From IMG/VR virus record IMGVR_UViG_3300042484_001031, positions 116,970 through 136,969 of that record: a stretch of 20,000 nt of DNA. The stretch is one strand, 5' to 3'. The position numbers were made by a program, and so were the translations under genes. Of this stretch, positions 16,499 to 20,000 are shown in pieces; position 1 is the stretch's first letter; every line of letters begins with the position of its first letter. The notes below the pieces were generated by a model, which was given only the letters and a program-made list of their open reading frames with translations, was not told where the DNA came from and searched no databases. Source of the DNA: an uncultured virus (IMG/VR IMGVR_UViG_3300042484_001031). Taxonomy: Duplodnaviria > Heunggongvirae > Uroviricota > Caudoviricetes.

Positions 16499-17298
16499 GC
16501 AAAGGTGCAATATTATTTGCGTTTAACTCCCCTAAGTTCAATTACTATGATATGGCAGTTGCTACTGCTAAACGCATAAATCATTTTTTAAATATTCCAG
16601 TAACAATAGTTACAGATGAAGAATCACTTCCATCAATTCAAAACTACACGTTTGATAAAGTTATAGTTACTAATGCTGATAAAAATAACATACGTGAACA
16701 TAATATTTGGATCAATAAGGGTCGTTATCAAGCATATAACTTTAGTCCATATGATGAAACTATACTAGTAGATACAGACTACATGGTTAACTCAGATAAA
16801 CTATTGAGAACCTTTAATATATATGATGACTTTTGCTGCCATGATACTACTAGCTATTTGATGCAACCGGGAGTAGCACAAGAAGTGTTAAGTTCATATA
16901 GCTTTAATACACTATGGGCTACTGTCGTAACCTTCAAAAAAACTAACCGTGCTAAACAAATATTTGAATGTTTAGAAATGGTACAAAAGAATTATGACCA
17001 TTACTGTGATATTCATAGCTTTGTTGGTGGGGTATATCGTAATGATTACGCACTAACACTTGCACTACGTATAGCAAACGGACATAGTGATAATAATCGT
17101 GATATTATCCCATGGAATCTAGTACATGTGGGTAAAAACACAACAATATACAGGAACAATGATAGTGAGTTTAACACAGAATATACTGTTATGTATGATA
17201 ACTGGCAACGTGGCAAGATACGCAAAGAATATATAACACTTAAAGATATGGATTTTCATGTTATGAATAAAGAAAACTTTATGGAGTTAATCAAATGA
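16495..17298 (+). CDS. GT-A fold glycosyltransferase-like protein (267 aa)
   Basis: N-terminal GAILFAF strand, VTIVTD, SPYDETILVDTD (DxD motif), YRNDYAL and a C-terminal FHVMNK His. This layout is typical of GT8/GT71-like nucleotide-diphospho-sugar transferases. Confidence 0.7.
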   Translation: MSKGAILFAFNSPKFNYYDMAVATAKRINHFLNIPVTIVTDEESLPSIQNYTFDKVIVTNADKNNIREHNIWINKGRYQAYNFSPYDETILVDTDYMVNSDKLLRTFNIYDDFCCHDTTSYLMQPGVAQEVLSSYSFNTLWATVVTFKKTNRAKQIFECLEMVQKNYDHYCDIHSFVGGVYRNDYALTLALRIANGHSDNNRDIIPWNLVHVGKNTTIYRNNDSEFNTEYTVMYDNWQRGKIRKEYITLKDMDFHVMNKENFMELIK

Positions 17299-18041
17299 CC
17301 AGAGGTTTTGTAATTATGGCACAGGATACTGAAAAGGTCAGTTATACTAAATGTGCTAAAGCATTAGAACTAAGTATTAAAAAAGTTATGCCCAATAGTA
17401 ATGTAACTATTATTACTAATGACATGTTACCTCATGGCAATTTAGGTGGTTATCATAATGATTGGCAAGTATATGAAGCTAGTCCATATGATGAAACAAT
17501 CAAATTAGAAGCAGATATGATTATACCACGCAGTATTGAACATTGGTGGGATATACTAAATATCAATGATATTGTAGTTTCAACTAATATTAGAAACTTT
17601 AAGGGTGAATTATCTGACTGTAGAGTATATAGGAAGTTTATTGATGAAAATATGTTACCTGACGCATACAATAGTATAACCTACTTCAAAAAATCAGAAA
17701 CAGCAAAACTGTTTTATACGGTAGTAAGAGATATTTTTGATAATTGGGAAGAGTACAAAGCTATATTAAAATGCAATCCAAATGAAGAAGTATCAACTGA
17801 TTGGGTATATGCTATAGCTTGTCACATTATAGGAGTAGAAAAAACTACATTACCAAACTTTACTGAAATGAGTATGATACATATGAAACAATATATTAAT
17901 GGCATACCTAGTGAAGATTGGACTAAAACACTAGTATATGAAGTGTTACACAAAACGATTAGAGTAAATACTTATCCTCAGTTGTATCCTTTTCACTATC
18001 ATATTAAGTCATTTAGTGATAAAATATTAGAAAGTTATTAA
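17295..18041 (+). CDS. GT-A fold glycosyltransferase-like protein, paralogue of the upstream gene (248 aa)
   Basis: GFVIMA, VTIITND, SPYDETIKLEAD (ExD in place of DxD), STDWVYAIA, IHMK and FHYHIK. GGAG SD at 17283-17286, with an ATGA overlap. Confidence 0.65.
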   Translation: MTRGFVIMAQDTEKVSYTKCAKALELSIKKVMPNSNVTIITNDMLPHGNLGGYHNDWQVYEASPYDETIKLEADMIIPRSIEHWWDILNINDIVVSTNIRNFKGELSDCRVYRKFIDENMLPDAYNSITYFKKSETAKLFYTVVRDIFDNWEEYKAILKCNPNEEVSTDWVYAIACHIIGVEKTTLPNFTEMSMIHMKQYINGIPSEDWTKTLVYEVLHKTIRVNTYPQLYPFHYHIKSFSDKILESY

Positions 18042-18367
18042 TGGAAGAATTTGTAATTTGGGAAGCACCTCCTATTATCAAACCAGAGTTCAGACTATAT
18101 TATGATGAACGAGGCAATGTGTTATTTTATACTTGTGAAAAACCAGAAGGTAATTACGTTGTAATTGATGCTAGTACATTTGCTCAAGGTCGCCCTGATC
18201 TTAAAGTAATAGACGGCAAAGTATCAGGTGCTATAGCAGGATCAATTGTATCTAAATTAGTACATGACGATGAAGGTACAAATTGTGCAAGTGAAGATTT
18301 AAGTATTGTAGTAGACAGTTCCTATAATAATATAACTAAATGGAAATTAAAAACATATGAACTCTGA
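18041..18367 (+). CDS. Hypothetical protein (108 aa)
   Basis: Coupled by TAATG at 18039-18043 and overlaps the next gene by 11 nt. No recognisable catalytic motif. Confidence 0.75.
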   Translation: MEEFVIWEAPPIIKPEFRLYYDERGNVLFYTCEKPEGNYVVIDASTFAQGRPDLKVIDGKVSGAIAGSIVSKLVHDDEGTNCASEDLSIVVDSSYNNITKWKLKTYEL

Positions 18368-19310
18368 GGATATCATTGATGTAGCTGATTTAGACTGTAT
18401 CTATCTTAGTTATGACGAACCGCAAAAAGAAGAATTTTGGCTTAAGATTAAAAACATGGTTCCGTGGGCTAAACGTGTTGATGGTGTTAAAGGTAGTGAC
18501 GCCGCACATAAAGCTGCCGGCAATGCAAGTGATACAGAACGTTTCATTTTGATTGACGGCGACAACATGCCGGATGAAAGTTTCTTTAATCTACAATTAG
18601 ACTTTACTGACAAAGATCCTAACTACAAGATAGCACAATATCGTTGGAAAGCTATTAATAATATTAACGGACTACGCTATGGCAATGGTGGAATGAGTTC
18701 TTGGACAAAAACTTATGTGCGTGAAATGAAAACACATGAGCATCAAACTGAGGGTGATGTTTCACGAATTGCTGACTTTTGTTTAGACAGCAAAGATAAC
18801 TTATACTGGACAATGTATGATTGCTACTCTACTACTTATCCTAATTATACTCCGTTTCAAGCGTGGCGAGCTGGATTCAGAGAAGGAGTAAAAATGGTTC
18901 TTGACCGTGGATCAAAACCCACAGTTGACGCACTAAAAGAAACTGTTGCCAGTCGCAACTTAAACAATTTAACTATATGGCACAACATTGGTCGTGATGT
19001 AGAGAACGGAGAATGGGCCATATATGGAGCAAGACTTGGTACATACATGACTATGCTCACTGAGTGGGATTCTGCTAACGTACAATGGTTTGATAACTAT
19101 ACTGTATTATGGGAAGAACATTCACATAGAGACCCTGATCGTGAATCAATATTGCTCGGTGCCGCCTTAAATGACAAATTAGGACTACCAATGAACCATT
19201 TTGATAGTGGACAAAGTAAGTTCTTCAAGCGTCACTATAGTGCTGATAAATATAATCTCGGTCTACTTGTTAAAGAGATGGACGTTATTAGAAAAATAGA
19301 AGGATGGTAA
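18357..19310 (+). CDS. Glycosyltransferase-like protein, GT2-like GT-A fold (317 aa)
   Basis: DCIYLSYDEP at the N-terminus, RVDGVKGSDAAHKAA (position of the GT2 N.G...A.N helix), FILIDGDN (DxD), YGNGG and a C-terminal FQAWRAGFREGVKM helix. Confidence 0.65.
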   Translation: MNSEDIIDVADLDCIYLSYDEPQKEEFWLKIKNMVPWAKRVDGVKGSDAAHKAAGNASDTERFILIDGDNMPDESFFNLQLDFTDKDPNYKIAQYRWKAINNINGLRYGNGGMSSWTKTYVREMKTHEHQTEGDVSRIADFCLDSKDNLYWTMYDCYSTTYPNYTPFQAWRAGFREGVKMVLDRGSKPTVDALKETVASRNLNNLTIWHNIGRDVENGEWAIYGARLGTYMTMLTEWDSANVQWFDNYTVLWEEHSHRDPDRESILLGAALNDKLGLPMNHFDSGQSKFFKRHYSADKYNLGLLVKEMDVIRKIEGW

Positions 19311-20000
19311 TGGAACACAATTATATTAAGTTAGTACACAGTAATCCCACGCACGAAGATTGGTTTGTAGTTAATTGGTGTATGGGCAATACGTGTAACT
19401 TTGAATGTAGTTACTGTCCAGAGAATCTTCATTCAGGTGATATCAAATGGCCTAAACTAGATAAAGTTAAAGAATTCATAACACGTATAGTAGAACAAGT
19501 TGCACCACGTAAAGTGTACTTTGAGTTAACCGGTGGTGAAGTAACACTATACAAACACTTTGTAGAGATATGCAAACACTGTACTGAATTAGGTGCCAAA
19601 GTAGGATTGATTAGTAATGGTAGTAGAACATTACGTTGGTGGGAAGATAACAAACAATACTTTGACCACGTGTGCTTAAGCTTTCATCCAGAGTTTGCAG
19701 AAGCTGACCACTTTGTAGAAGTAGTAAAATTGTTGCATGATGATGTACGGACACATGTAAACATTATGATGAGTCCGGATAAGTTTGACTTTTGTTATGC
19801 TGTAGCTAATAAAGTTAAAGGTATAGGTAATATTAGTATGGCACTACAGCCCTTGATACATGATTTTGGTGACACATTGTATGATTACGATGAGTTTCAA
19901 AAAAAGATATTTGATAAACAGCATGAGTTGATTGTTAAGCATATTAAGTACACAAAGTCATTTGATTATTATCGTGGTGCTATGAAGATGATTAAAGAAG
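19310..20000 (+). CDS. Radical SAM enzyme (3'-partial, more than 230 aa), not in the ORF track
   Basis: The ATG overlaps the previous stop (TAATG 19308-19312), with AAGGA upstream. MEHNYIKLVHSNPTHEDWFVVNWCMGNTCNFECSYCPENLH carries CxxxCxxC at 19394-19417. It also has LTGGEVT (GGE at 19532-19540), ISNGSR and LSFHPE. The frame stays open to the window end. Confidence 0.92.
   Translation, partial: MEHNYIKLVHSNPTHEDWFVVNWCMGNTCNFECSYCPENLHSGDIKWPKLDKVKEFITRIVEQVAPRKVYFELTGGEVTLYKHFVEICKHCTELGAKVGLISNGSRTLRWWEDNKQYFDHVCLSFHPEFAEADHFVEVVKLLHDDVRTHVNIMMSPDKFDFCYAVANKVKGIGNISMALQPLIHDFGDTLYDYDEFQKKIFDKQHELIVKHIKYTKSFDYYRGAMKMIKE

Noticed and set aside
14335..19653. Minus-strand ORFs at 14335-14595, 14662-14937, 17453-17671, 18410-18613, 18857-19060 and 19429-19653
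   Set aside because: All are antisense to well-supported + strand genes, including the radical SAM gene, and have no independent support.
1..20000. Stop-codon reassignment (no gene ends in TAG)
   Set aside because: Genes tile the window under the standard code with TAA/TGA stops and no in-frame TAG or TGA interruptions, so there is no positive evidence of recoding.

Overview
AT-rich, gene-dense window with every credible gene on the + strand, consistent with the late/structural region of a large tailed dsDNA phage (inference from the gene content and T4-like TAAATA motifs). About two thirds is one giant ORF that is open from the window edge (more than 4,387 codons, 5'-truncated). It looks like a baseplate-wedge/adhesin protein made of an FG-GAP-like propeller, an Asp-box/BNR propeller, about 11-12 copies of a ~55-aa beta-module (some nested inside each other) and carbohydrate-binding-like motifs. 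Next come a small ORF missed by the ORF track, a tail-collar/baseplate-like protein, a tail fibre with a C-terminal peptidase G2-like chaperone domain and a Thr/Ser/Gly-rich virion protein. From 16193 a translationally coupled run encodes three glycosyltransferase-like proteins, two small proteins and a radical SAM enzyme (3'-truncated, also missed by the track). The most striking non-coding signal is a ~20-bp RNA hairpin (16159-16203). It buries the SD and AUG of the first gene of that run and has a TAAATA late-promoter motif in its 5' arm. Family assignments come from motif recognition by eye; no database searches were run.
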